A stretch of 64,000 nt of DNA from Phoronis australis (Eukaryota > Animalia > Phoronida): the NCBI GenBank assembly GCA_002633005.1, contig NMRA01000182.1, forward strand, positions 133,077 through 197,076, written 5' to 3'. Position 1 is the stretch's first letter. Each line of letters opens with the position of its first letter. The translations under genes were made by a program, and so were the position numbers. The notes below the pieces were generated by a model that was given only the letters and a program-made list of their open reading frames with translations, searched no databases and was not told the DNA's origin. Shown piece by piece: positions 39,572 to 49,701 of this stretch.

Positions 39572-40756
39572 AGGCCTTTTGCGAGTTTATAACAATAACG
39601 CGAGATTATGTGAGACTAAACTGTGACGTAACGGGAAGTGGGGCAAAAGCTTGTCGTTTGGTCATTTGCCCAATACGGTAGCAGAGTGTATTCTGTTATT
39701 GTCTTCGAGTTTTTAGCCGTTTAGTTCGAAAAATGCCCAAAAGCATTGCTGTTATGGCAAATGAACTTCAGATTTGCACTACAATACGTTCTATCGCGTT
39801 CTGTACTAATTTCGTCCCGTGTATTTTAAACGGGCGATAGGCGAAATCCGCTCACTGGTAAAGTTTTCACCTAGTCGAAAATACATTCTACACCTAAAAT
39901 TAACAGCTAAAAGGCTCTTACTTTCTTCAGTGACTCTTTCTGCTTCTAAACATATCTTCGATGAAGCATATAATATACGGGAATTCAGGTGACTTAGGCG
40001 AAGAATTCCAACTCCACTTTGTGGTTACTGTTAACTTTGTCCGCGCGCGCGATTACCACAATCAAGTATACTGAGTCAGATGAGTATGAGGCAAAGGCTA
40101 GCGCGAGACTGAGCGAAGCGCGAGATCTGGCGCGTGACCTGGAGCGTGACACTTGCAAAATAGCATGAGAAAATATCAAGACAAGTGAAATTTGTAAGAT
40201 TTGTGTCCCTTGGACTTTTTGTTCGTCAACAGGCGTGATTTTACGTAACTTCCTCAAAATGGCGGCTCTTTAGTGAGAGAAACTCGACGGAGAGAACCGC
40301 GAGCTTTTCATGAATATGCTCAAGTTATTTGTAAACTAAATTGTGTCCAGAGTCAGGGTATGTGTTAATTATAACTTCATGTGCACATATGCATGTTTCA
40401 TTTGATTTTATTTGCTGTATTTTGAAGAGAATATCTTTTTATGGGTATACACTATCGCCCCTGTATGCCTACGCCATTCAGGCCTAGAGCGGGTTAAGTT
40501 CCAATGAATTTCAGTCCGTTCACAGCTTCGCACAACATAACAAGGTCACGTTTTCTTCGTCTATTCACAGTTATTCCACGACCCATCTACCATATCTTAA
40601 GTTGTTTTAACGTTTTAAGCGTAAAATTCACCATAAGAACTCCAGTAAGTTTTAGCGTGTGTAGCAAAGACTCGGGGCAAAACAAGAGCAATATGGCGGG
40701 TTTTGCCCCCTTTCCGGTGACGTCACAGTGACTAGCGAGAAACTCGCAAGTGAGCT
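39572..40756. mobile_element. ISL2EU/PHIS-like non-autonomous DNA transposon with THAP remnant, specific to TLR copy 1
   Basis: The empty site GCCA-AT-TGGG is present at the paralogous positions upstream of copies 2 and 3. AT TSD; AG...CT termini; inverted TTGCGAGTTT and CTGTGACGTNACSGGAARKGGGGCAAAA subterminal repeats; frameshifted MPK-HCCYG THAP-like start at 39733. Confidence 0.8.
39830..40462. mobile_element. Possible nested Kolobok-like element
   Basis: TTAA|ACGGGCGATAG ... CTATCGCCCCT inverted termini; CpG-rich interior with AAAATGGCGGC; the right-hand TSD is degenerate. Confidence 0.4.
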
Positions 40757-41075
40757 ATTGGGAAATAAGCGTTAAGGTGTACAGCAATAGTTGCCTTAGT
40801 CCAGAAAATGACATGCATGATTCTCTCTATGAAAAAACAAGTCAGCAAAATTTCACTATGACAAACAGAGCGGTTTAGGAGACAGAGAGGCATCGACCCC
40901 ATACAGGATGCGCAGACACAGATGACACAGCATGCAACCACATATCTAATACGTGGGTACGGCATTTCCAAATATGAAACAATTGTTAATTTTTGTACTC
41001 AAATATCGGAGTCAATATGGTCACGGTAACTTGTACATAATTTCAGTCACCAACAAGACAGAGAACAGATTCTGA

Positions 41076-43742
41076 ATGGCATTACTGGGTAACAAATGTC
41101 AACTAGTACAGCTGCTGATGACGGCCATAGTGGTGACTGTGGCTGCTGATGATGTATGTAGGGAGACGTGTCATGTCATTTATGAAGTGGACAACCAAAC
41201 CTACACCCAGACGTACCAGAGTTATCACAGCATGTTGTCAGCAATACCACACAACATCGTCTCACTGACGTTACCAGAAAGGTGCCAAGTTGTTGCCCTC
41301 AGACAGAATGAGTTACAACACTTCAGCAAGCTGCAAAGGTTGTGGCTGAGACTTTGTGACATCAGGGTGAATATCTACGGTTCGGTGTTTGTTGGGCTGA
41401 CAAACCTCACACACCTGACTCTTGACTTCTCACACTTCAATGGCGACATCCAACCAGAAATATTTGAACCCATACAGCAGCTGCAAACACTGAAAATTCT
41501 GCCCCATAATGACTCGCCAAAACAAATTATCGACATTGAGGTCATGCTACATTACTTACAAAACTTACAACATTTAAGTCTAAGCACATACACTACTATG
41601 GAACCCATTGCAACTACCAAACAATTAATTCCTCGACCTTCCATCATTTCATTAGACTTCAGCTATAACAAATGGAAAACTATGCCATGTTTACCAATTT
41701 TTTCCAATCTGAGATATTTAAACCTTTCCGGAAACAATATTCGGGAAATATATCTTGAATATGACTGTCTTGAAACTAAGAATATTACAATTGATCTGAC
41801 CAACAACAATATATGGAACATTCAAAAAAGAGATTTCGAGAATTACAACAATGTCAGACTTATTTCTCTGGACTTTTCTAATACAAAACTGTCTCAGCTA
41901 GGTAAAAATGCATTGGATCACTTGAAAAAACGACAGACGGCAATAGGTACATTAACTATTGGTCACAATACAGATATAAAATATGCTGATAATTTTTTTT
42001 TCAAATTATTCAAACAACTTGGAAAGGTCAGAATCCATAGTCTAGCATTGTTTGGCAAAACAGTTGAGCTGAAACAAACCAATTACCACTTTCCAACATC
42101 AACATCAATGACACATTTTTCACTAACCTATGCTAAAATCCCAATAATTCTAAAGAATTCTTTTTCAAAACTAACAAATCTAGAATTTTTAGACTTATCT
42201 CACAATGAAATAATGGAAATTCACCCAAAGGCTTTCATGGGGTTGGAAAAGTTACAAACGCTGATATTTACAGGAGATAAGCCTCAAACTGTGATCAATA
42301 TGAAGTCTTTGTTCAAAGATTTGAACGAAATGAAACAACTAAAAAATTTGTTCATGAACAAGATGGGTAGGTGGCAGGCCGACACTGCCAGAGTAGAGTT
42401 AAAGGGATTAACAAACCTCGAGTATTTAGATTTATCTGATAATGATATTCAAATGAATATCAAGTTTGTTGTCAGCAATGCAAAAATTGTGAAAGCAAAC
42501 AACATATTATGTAAATGCGAACAACTGCCATGCATCAATTTGGAACAAAATTCTCACATCCAAGTGCTAGAAGTGAGAAAAAGTTTGGGTTGTATTTCAT
42601 CACTCACAAATCAAACGGTCTACTCAAACTTGTTGACCTTAGACGCTAGCCAAAATGCTAACTTCTCCCTTGATTCCCCACCGCTGGTCAATATACAAAT
42701 GCCAGGACTTAAAACCTTGAGATTGTCAAACAACAGTATAGAGCAATTAAACAATAAAACATTTGCTAAGGTTCTGGAACTGCAATGCATAGATCTATCC
42801 TTCAACAAACTAACTCTCATAAAACAAGGTGTTTTCTCAAAGCTAATTTCTCTCAAGGATTTGAAGTTAAACAACAATAAGATTTCCAACATTGACGCTA
42901 ATAATTTTATTAGACTCATTCACCTAAAGACCTTGTCCATTTACCAAAACAGCTTTGACTGCAACTGTGAGCTACGTCAGTTAAGAGATTGGCTCAAGAA
43001 GGAAGAGCAACTACAGGTGAAGGTGGATACTTGTAAATATCCAACGCAGTTAAGACACGCCTCCATAGATACATTTCATCTCAATTGGATAGACTGCGAT
43101 GGACACATTTACATCGTCATCACAACATCAGCCGCTGGATTCATTCTTTTGATCACTCTTCTACTGGCATTAACCTACTACAGGTTGGACATTAAGTATT
43201 GGTACTTCTTTAAATACAAGTACAGAAACCGCAAACCAACAGAAAACAACATGTATGATGCCATGGTGTGTTACCATGTAGATGATGTGCTGTGGATTAA
43301 GGACAATCTAATGCCCCAGTTGGAAGAAGGAAAGGAACACCAGTTTAGACTATGTGTTCATCACCGAGATTTTGATGTTGGTGAGTTTATTAAACAAAAC
43401 ATCATCAACAGTATGAACAACAGTAGCAAGATCATATTTGTCATGACGAGAAAATTCATGGACAGCGAGTGGGGCCAGTTTGAACTGGAGATGGCGTTGA
43501 TGAGACTACCGGAGGTTAAATGTCAGTATGTCATAATGGTGATGTTGGGGAAGATCCCCAAGAAACAGCTCGAGGCCAAACTTCGCTGTTTCACTCGTCA
43601 CATGAGCTACATAGAGTGGCCCGTAGGTGATGACATTGGACAGCGGGAACGGGATCACTTTTGGAAGAAGCTAATACTGGCAATGATGGAAGATAAACAG
43701 ACTACATCTGAGGATGAAAATACACCCCTCCTTCAACAGTAG
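41076..43742 (+). CDS. Toll-like receptor, copy 1 (888 aa, single coding exon)
   Basis: Signal peptide, LRRs, LRRCT (NSFDCNC...CKYP...C), TM segment, and TIR domain (YDAMVCY, LCVHHRDF, SEWGQFEL, FWKKL); AATAAA at 44146. Confidence 0.95.
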   Translation: MALLGNKCQLVQLLMTAIVVTVAADDVCRETCHVIYEVDNQTYTQTYQSYHSMLSAIPHNIVSLTLPERCQVVALRQNELQHFSKLQRLWLRLCDIRVNIYGSVFVGLTNLTHLTLDFSHFNGDIQPEIFEPIQQLQTLKILPHNDSPKQIIDIEVMLHYLQNLQHLSLSTYTTMEPIATTKQLIPRPSIISLDFSYNKWKTMPCLPIFSNLRYLNLSGNNIREIYLEYDCLETKNITIDLTNNNIWNIQKRDFENYNNVRLISLDFSNTKLSQLGKNALDHLKKRQTAIGTLTIGHNTDIKYADNFFFKLFKQLGKVRIHSLALFGKTVELKQTNYHFPTSTSMTHFSLTYAKIPIILKNSFSKLTNLEFLDLSHNEIMEIHPKAFMGLEKLQTLIFTGDKPQTVINMKSLFKDLNEMKQLKNLFMNKMGRWQADTARVELKGLTNLEYLDLSDNDIQMNIKFVVSNAKIVKANNILCKCEQLPCINLEQNSHIQVLEVRKSLGCISSLTNQTVYSNLLTLDASQNANFSLDSPPLVNIQMPGLKTLRLSNNSIEQLNNKTFAKVLELQCIDLSFNKLTLIKQGVFSKLISLKDLKLNNNKISNIDANNFIRLIHLKTLSIYQNSFDCNCELRQLRDWLKKEEQLQVKVDTCKYPTQLRHASIDTFHLNWIDCDGHIYIVITTSAAGFILLITLLLALTYYRLDIKYWYFFKYKYRNRKPTENNMYDAMVCYHVDDVLWIKDNLMPQLEEGKEHQFRLCVHHRDFDVGEFIKQNIINSMNNSSKIIFVMTRKFMDSEWGQFELEMALMRLPEVKCQYVIMVMLGKIPKKQLEAKLRCFTRHMSYIEWPVGDDIGQRERDHFWKKLILAMMEDKQTTSEDENTPLLQQ

Positions 43743-44322
43743 TGGGACATGTTTAGACTGGACTAGTGTGTTTAAAACCAATTCTTTACTACACAACTGA
43801 CAAGCAAAAGTGGTGGATTTTTTCATGTTTTCATAATCCTCCTTAAACAATGTTGTAAACAGCATTGTTTACATTGACTAGATCAGTGAATATCACTTTC
43901 CGTTAGTGTGCAGTACGTATCAAGATATTCAGTTGCAATACTTAAGTGGTTGTTTTTTGTCATTCTCTCACATTATTTTAATTTCTCATAATAACTACTG
44001 ACAGTTCACTCTGCTCCCAGTGTCACAATTTGCTGCCTAGTTTGTACCGTACCTGACAATTTACTATCTTGCAATTCTTATATTTTAGGCCAATGGCCAT
44101 ATGTACGTACATACATGCATGCATGTATGAATATCTTCATGTTCCAATAAATATCATAAAATTAAAGCACACACTCCCTTTACTTCAACTGCTAGTATTC
44201 TAGAAACTGTTTTACAAGTGTAATGAGTCATGTCTGAGTGTGTTTGCATGGATCATTAATGCAGTGTTTGAAACTGAAACTAAATACGATGGAAGGCAGT
44301 ACCTTGATGCCATCAAAAGTAT

Positions 44323-46040
44323 AACAAGAGCAACGCAGAGCATTGAAATACGCCCATCAATGCATCGCAAACGATGTGCTTCTAGGGTTGTATATTTGTA
44401 CCATAAAAATGGCCACTAGATGGCGCAAAATACATCAAATCCAACCGAAATCAGGAACATGGCAGCACTTTTTTAAGACAGCTATTTAACCAATTCCATA
44501 AAAATCTACCAAGGAACTTCAGCTAAACAAAGGAAAACGGAAAAGAATGAAATTGCCACTAGGGGGACACAGCGTTTGTCAGATCCGTAAAGTTGTCGTC
44601 ATCTGTTGTTAACTTCATATCAATACACATAATAAATTGATGAAAAGATTCTGCAGTCGGTTTGGGAGATACAGCTATGGGCACAAAACAAAACTGCCAC
44701 TAGGAGTCGCCACAGCAGTTGAAGTCGCCATCTTCAACTGTCCTCTTCACACTTAAAACATACAACAATTTTCTAAATAATACTCAGAATGATTTGGTTG
44801 ATAGAGGGGCCGATGTCAAAAAACACACTCGAAAACAGCAACCATGGCCACTAGGTGGCGCAAAATACCTCGAATCCATCCAAAAACGGAAGGTTGGCGA
44901 CATCTCACCACTAGATGCCTAGTTATATTCCAAACTTTATGAAAATCCATTGAGGACCTTTGAAGATACTGGGGCAAGCGTATAACCACTAAAATTGCCA
45001 TCAGGGGATACAGCGGTAATCAGATACGTTCGAAAGTCGTCATTGGTCATTGACAACTTCGTATAAATACACTTGATAATTTAGGAAAGACTCTGCAGAG
45101 GATTTAGGAGATACATTCATGGGCGCAAAAATTTGTGACGTGTGCTGTAGGAATTGCCACAGTAGTCGAGATTGTCAGAAAATCATCATCAGCCGCCCTC
45201 TTCACAGTAAGGAGATTCAAGACAAATTTTAATAAAAGGGCAGACGCCAAACAAAGGACTCAAAAATGGCCACTAGGATGTGCAAAATATGTTGAATCCA
45301 TCCACAAACAGGAGGATAGCGTTGTCTCATTAACAGATGCCTATGTGGCAAGTTTCATGAAAATCCGTTGATGACCTTTGAAGATACAGACTGAGGTGAA
45401 ACTAAAAAATAAAATTGCCACTAAAGGGCACACCTGTATTCAGGTCAATCCAAAATCTGTCGTCATCCGTCATCAGCTTCATAGGAACACATCTGCCAAA
45501 TCTCATCAAGATCCCGAGGGGTTCAGGAGATACAGCTACGTACGCCGGATGGCCGGACAGACAAAGATGACGGCAATATGCACACACATATATCAAGAGC
45601 AACGCGAAGTGTTGAAATGCACCCACGAATGCAGCGCAAACGGTGTGCTTCTAAGATTGTTAATTTGTATCATAAAAATGGCCACTAGATGGCACAAACA
45701 CATTATATCCATCCGAAACCGGGACATGCCATCACTTCCTTAGAAAGCTATTTACCAAATTTCATGAAAATCTGGCAAGGAATTCAAAATGAGCAAAAGA
45801 AAATGGAAAATATCGAATTGCCACTAGGAGGCAAAGCTTTCGTTAGATCCACCTGCAAGTAATCGAACTCTGTTGATAGCAATCTGATCCGTCCAAAAGT
45901 CATCATCATCTGTTGCCAACTTCATATAAAAACACCAGGAAAAGATCCTGCATGGGCGCAAAAACTGCCACTAGGTGCCGCCACAGTAATCAAATTCGGA
46001 AAATCATTAACACCTATCCTCTTCACAGTAAGAACACATA
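44323..46040 (+). repeat. HINE-like CCACTAG modular array between TLR copies 1 and 2
   Basis: Begins AACAAGAGCAACGCAGAGCATTGAAATACGCCC; same modules as at 36.3-39.4 kb. Confidence 0.75.
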
Positions 46041-46486
46041 TGCACATAAATTCTTGTAACACTGTTTCACTGCTACCCCTGGGGTCCATCTTTGTTGCCT
46101 AATACCAAACAAAAGAAGTCGGAAAGAAACTGTGATTACGAGCTATTCAAATCCCAACTACGAGTAAGAAGCCAATTGGGAAATAAGTGCTAAGTTGTAC
46201 AGCAGCAGTTGTATTAGTCCAGAAAATGACATCATCATTCTCTCTATGAAAAAAAAACAGTCAGCAAAATTTCACGAGTATCCACAGAGCAGTTTGAGAT
46301 AGAGAGGCATCCACCATGTACAGGATGCCCAGACATAGATGACACAGCATGCACCTACATGTCTAATATGTGGGTACGGCATTTCCAAACATGAAACAAA
46401 TCTTAATCTTTGTACTCAAATATCGGAATCAATATAGTCACGGTAACTTGTATATAATTTCAGTCAGCAGCAGGACAGAGAACAGA

Positions 46487-49150
46487 ATGACAATACTGGG
46501 CAACAAATGTCAACTAGTGCAGCTGCTGATGACGGCCATAGTGGTGACTGTGGCTGCTGATGATGTATGTAGGGAGATGTGTCATGTCATTTATGAAGTG
46601 GACAACCAAACCTACACCCAGACGTACCAGAGTTATCACAGCATGTTGTCAGTCCTACCACACAACATCGTATCACTGACGTTACCAGAAAGGTGCCAAG
46701 TTCTTGCCCTAAAGCAGAATGAGTTACAACACTTCAGCAAGCTGCAAAGGTTGTGGCTGAGACTTTGTGACATCAGGGTGAATATCTACGGTTCGGTGTT
46801 TGTCGGGCTGATAAACCTCACACACCTGACTCTTGACTTCTCACACTTCAATGGCGAAATCCAACCAGAAATATTTGAACCCATACAGCAGCTGCAAACA
46901 CTGAAAATTCTGCCCCATAATGACTCGCCAAAACAAATAATCGACATTGTGGCCATGCTACATTACTTACAAAACTTACAACATTTAAGTCTAAGCACAT
47001 ACACTACTATGGAGCCCATTATAATTAAGAAACAATTAATTCATCGACCTTCCATCATTTCACTAGACTTCAGCTATAACAAATGGAAAACTATGCCATG
47101 TTTACCAATTTTTCCCAATCTGAGAAATTTAAACCTTTCCGGAAACTATATTCGGGAAATATATCTTCAAAAGTACTGTCTTGAAACCAAGAATATTTCA
47201 ATCGATCTGACCAACAACAGTATACACAGCATTTACAAAAGAGATTTTGAGAATTACAAAAATGTAAGACTTATTTCTCTGGACTTTTCTAACACAAAAC
47301 TGTCTCAGCTAGGTAAAAAGGCATTGGATCACTTGCGAAAACGACAGACGGCAATAGGTACATTAACTATTGGTCACAATACAGATATACAATATGCTCC
47401 TCAATTTTTTGCAAAATTATTCATACAACTTGAAAAGGTCAAAATCCATAGTCTAGCATTGTTTGGCAAAACAGTTGAGCTGAAACAAACCGATTACCAC
47501 TTTCCAATATCCACATCAATGACACGTTTTTCACTAACCTATGCTAAAATCCCGATAATTTTAAAAAATTCCTTTTCGAAACTAACAAATCTAGAATTTT
47601 TAGATTTATCTCACAATGAAATAATGGATATTCGCCCAAAGGCTTTCACGGGATTGGAAAACTTACAAACGCTGATATTTACAGGAGATAAGCCTCAAAC
47701 TGTGATCGGTATGAAGTCTTTGCTCAACAACTTGAATGAAATGAAACAACTAAAAAATCTGCTAATGAACAAGATGGGTAGGTGGCAGGTCGATACTACC
47801 AGACTAGAGTTAACAGGATTAACAAACCTCGAGTATTTAGATTTATCTGATAATGATATTCAAATGAATCTGAAGTTTGTTGTCAGTAAAGCAAAAATTG
47901 TAAAAGCAAACAACATATTATGTAAATGCCAACAACTGCCATGTGTTAATTTGGAACAAAATTCTCAAATCCAAGTGCTAGAAGTGAGAAATAGTTTGGG
48001 TTGTATTTCATCACTCACAAATCAAACGGTCTACTCAAACTTGTTGACCTTGGACGCTAGCCAAAATGCTAACTTCTCCCTTGATTCCCAACTGGTCAAT
48101 ATACAAATGCCTAGACTTAAAACCTTAAGATTGTCAAACAACAGTATAGAGCAATTAAACAATAAAACATTTGCTAAGGTTCTGGAACTGCAATGCATAG
48201 ATCTATCCTTCAACAAACTAACTCTCATAAAACAAGGTGTTTTCTCAAAGCTAATTTCTCTCAAGGATTTGAAGTTAAACAACAACAGGATTTCCAACAT
48301 TGACGCAAATAATTTTAATAGACTCGTTTACCTAAAGAGCTTGTACCTTTACCAAAATAGCTTTGACTGCAACTGTGAGCTACGTCAGTTAAGAGATTGG
48401 CTCAAGAAGGAAGAGCAACTACAGGTGAAGGTGGATACTTGTAAATATCCAACGCAGTTAAGACACGCCTCCATAGATACATTTCATCTCAATTGGATAG
48501 ACTGCGATGGACACATTTACATCGTCATCACAACATCAGCCGCTGGATTCATTCTTTTGATCACTCTTCTACTGGCATTAACCTACTACAGGTTGGACAT
48601 TAAGTATTGGTACTTCTTTAAATACAAGTACAGAAACCGCAAACCAACAGAAAACAACATGTATGATGCCATGGTGTGTTACCATGTAGATGATGTGCTG
48701 TGGATTAAGGACAATCTAATGCCCCAGTTGGAAGAAGGAAAGGAACACCAGTTTAGACTATGTGTTCATCACCGAGATTTTGATGTTGGTGAGTTTATTA
48801 AACAAAACATCATCAACAGTATGAACAACAGTAGCAAGATCATATTTATCATGACGAGAAAATTCATGGACAGCGAGTGGGGCCAGTTTGAACTGGAGAT
48901 GGCGTTGATGAGACTACCGGAGGTTAAATGTCAGTATGTCATAATGGTGATGTTGGAGAAGATCCCCAAGAAACAGCTCAAGGCCAAACTTCGCTGTTTC
49001 ACTCGTCACCTGACCTACATAGAGTGGCCTTTGGGTGATAACATTGGACAGCGAGAACAGGATCATTTTTGGAAGAAGCTGATACTGGCAATGATGGAAG
49101 ATAAACAGACTACATCTGAGGATGAAAATACACCCCTCCTTCAACAGTAG
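46487..49150 (+). CDS. Toll-like receptor, copy 2 (887 aa)
   Basis: Highly similar paralog of copy 1. Start placed at ATG 46487 (MTILGNKC), which aligns with copy 1 and precedes the signal peptide; AATAAA at 49527. Confidence 0.95.
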   Translation: MTILGNKCQLVQLLMTAIVVTVAADDVCREMCHVIYEVDNQTYTQTYQSYHSMLSVLPHNIVSLTLPERCQVLALKQNELQHFSKLQRLWLRLCDIRVNIYGSVFVGLINLTHLTLDFSHFNGEIQPEIFEPIQQLQTLKILPHNDSPKQIIDIVAMLHYLQNLQHLSLSTYTTMEPIIIKKQLIHRPSIISLDFSYNKWKTMPCLPIFPNLRNLNLSGNYIREIYLQKYCLETKNISIDLTNNSIHSIYKRDFENYKNVRLISLDFSNTKLSQLGKKALDHLRKRQTAIGTLTIGHNTDIQYAPQFFAKLFIQLEKVKIHSLALFGKTVELKQTDYHFPISTSMTRFSLTYAKIPIILKNSFSKLTNLEFLDLSHNEIMDIRPKAFTGLENLQTLIFTGDKPQTVIGMKSLLNNLNEMKQLKNLLMNKMGRWQVDTTRLELTGLTNLEYLDLSDNDIQMNLKFVVSKAKIVKANNILCKCQQLPCVNLEQNSQIQVLEVRNSLGCISSLTNQTVYSNLLTLDASQNANFSLDSQLVNIQMPRLKTLRLSNNSIEQLNNKTFAKVLELQCIDLSFNKLTLIKQGVFSKLISLKDLKLNNNRISNIDANNFNRLVYLKSLYLYQNSFDCNCELRQLRDWLKKEEQLQVKVDTCKYPTQLRHASIDTFHLNWIDCDGHIYIVITTSAAGFILLITLLLALTYYRLDIKYWYFFKYKYRNRKPTENNMYDAMVCYHVDDVLWIKDNLMPQLEEGKEHQFRLCVHHRDFDVGEFIKQNIINSMNNSSKIIFIMTRKFMDSEWGQFELEMALMRLPEVKCQYVIMVMLEKIPKKQLKAKLRCFTRHLTYIEWPLGDNIGQREQDHFWKKLILAMMEDKQTTSEDENTPLLQQ

Positions 49151-49701
49151 TGGGACATATTTAGACTGGACTAGAGTGTTAAAAACCAATTCTTTACTTA
49201 ACACAACTGACAAGCAAAAGTGGTGGATTTTTCCATATTTTCATAATCCTCCTTAAACAATGTTGTAAACAGCATTGTTTACATTGACAAGATCAGTGAA
49301 TACCACTTTCTGTTGGTGTGCAGTGCGTATCAAGAATTTCAGGTGCAATACTTAAGTGGTTGTTTTTTGTCATTCTCTCACATTATTTTAATTTCTCATA
49401 ATAACTGTGTTACAATTTACTGTCTAGTTTGTACTGTACCTGACAATTTACTATCTTGCAATTCTTATATTTTAGGCCATTGGCCATATGTACGTTCAAA
49501 TGCATGTATGCATATCTACATATTCCAATAAATATCATAAAATTAAAGCACACACTCCCTTTACTTCAACTGCTAGTATTCTAGAAACTGTTTTACAAGT
49601 GTAATGAGTCATGTCTGAGTGTGTTTACATAGATCATTAACGCAGTGTTTTAAACTGAAACTAAATACGATGGAAGGCAGAGCCTTGATGCCATCAAAAG
49701 T

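Noticed and set aside
42620-42919. Antisense ORFs inside the TLRs and fj
   Set aside because: Shadow ORFs of real coding sequence, with no independent evidence.
46370-46486. 39-aa N-terminal extensions of TLR2 (and TLR3, 56670-56786) in the ORF track
   Set aside because: Non-ATG start, blocked by a stop in copy 1, lies before the signal peptide and overlaps the likely splice acceptor.
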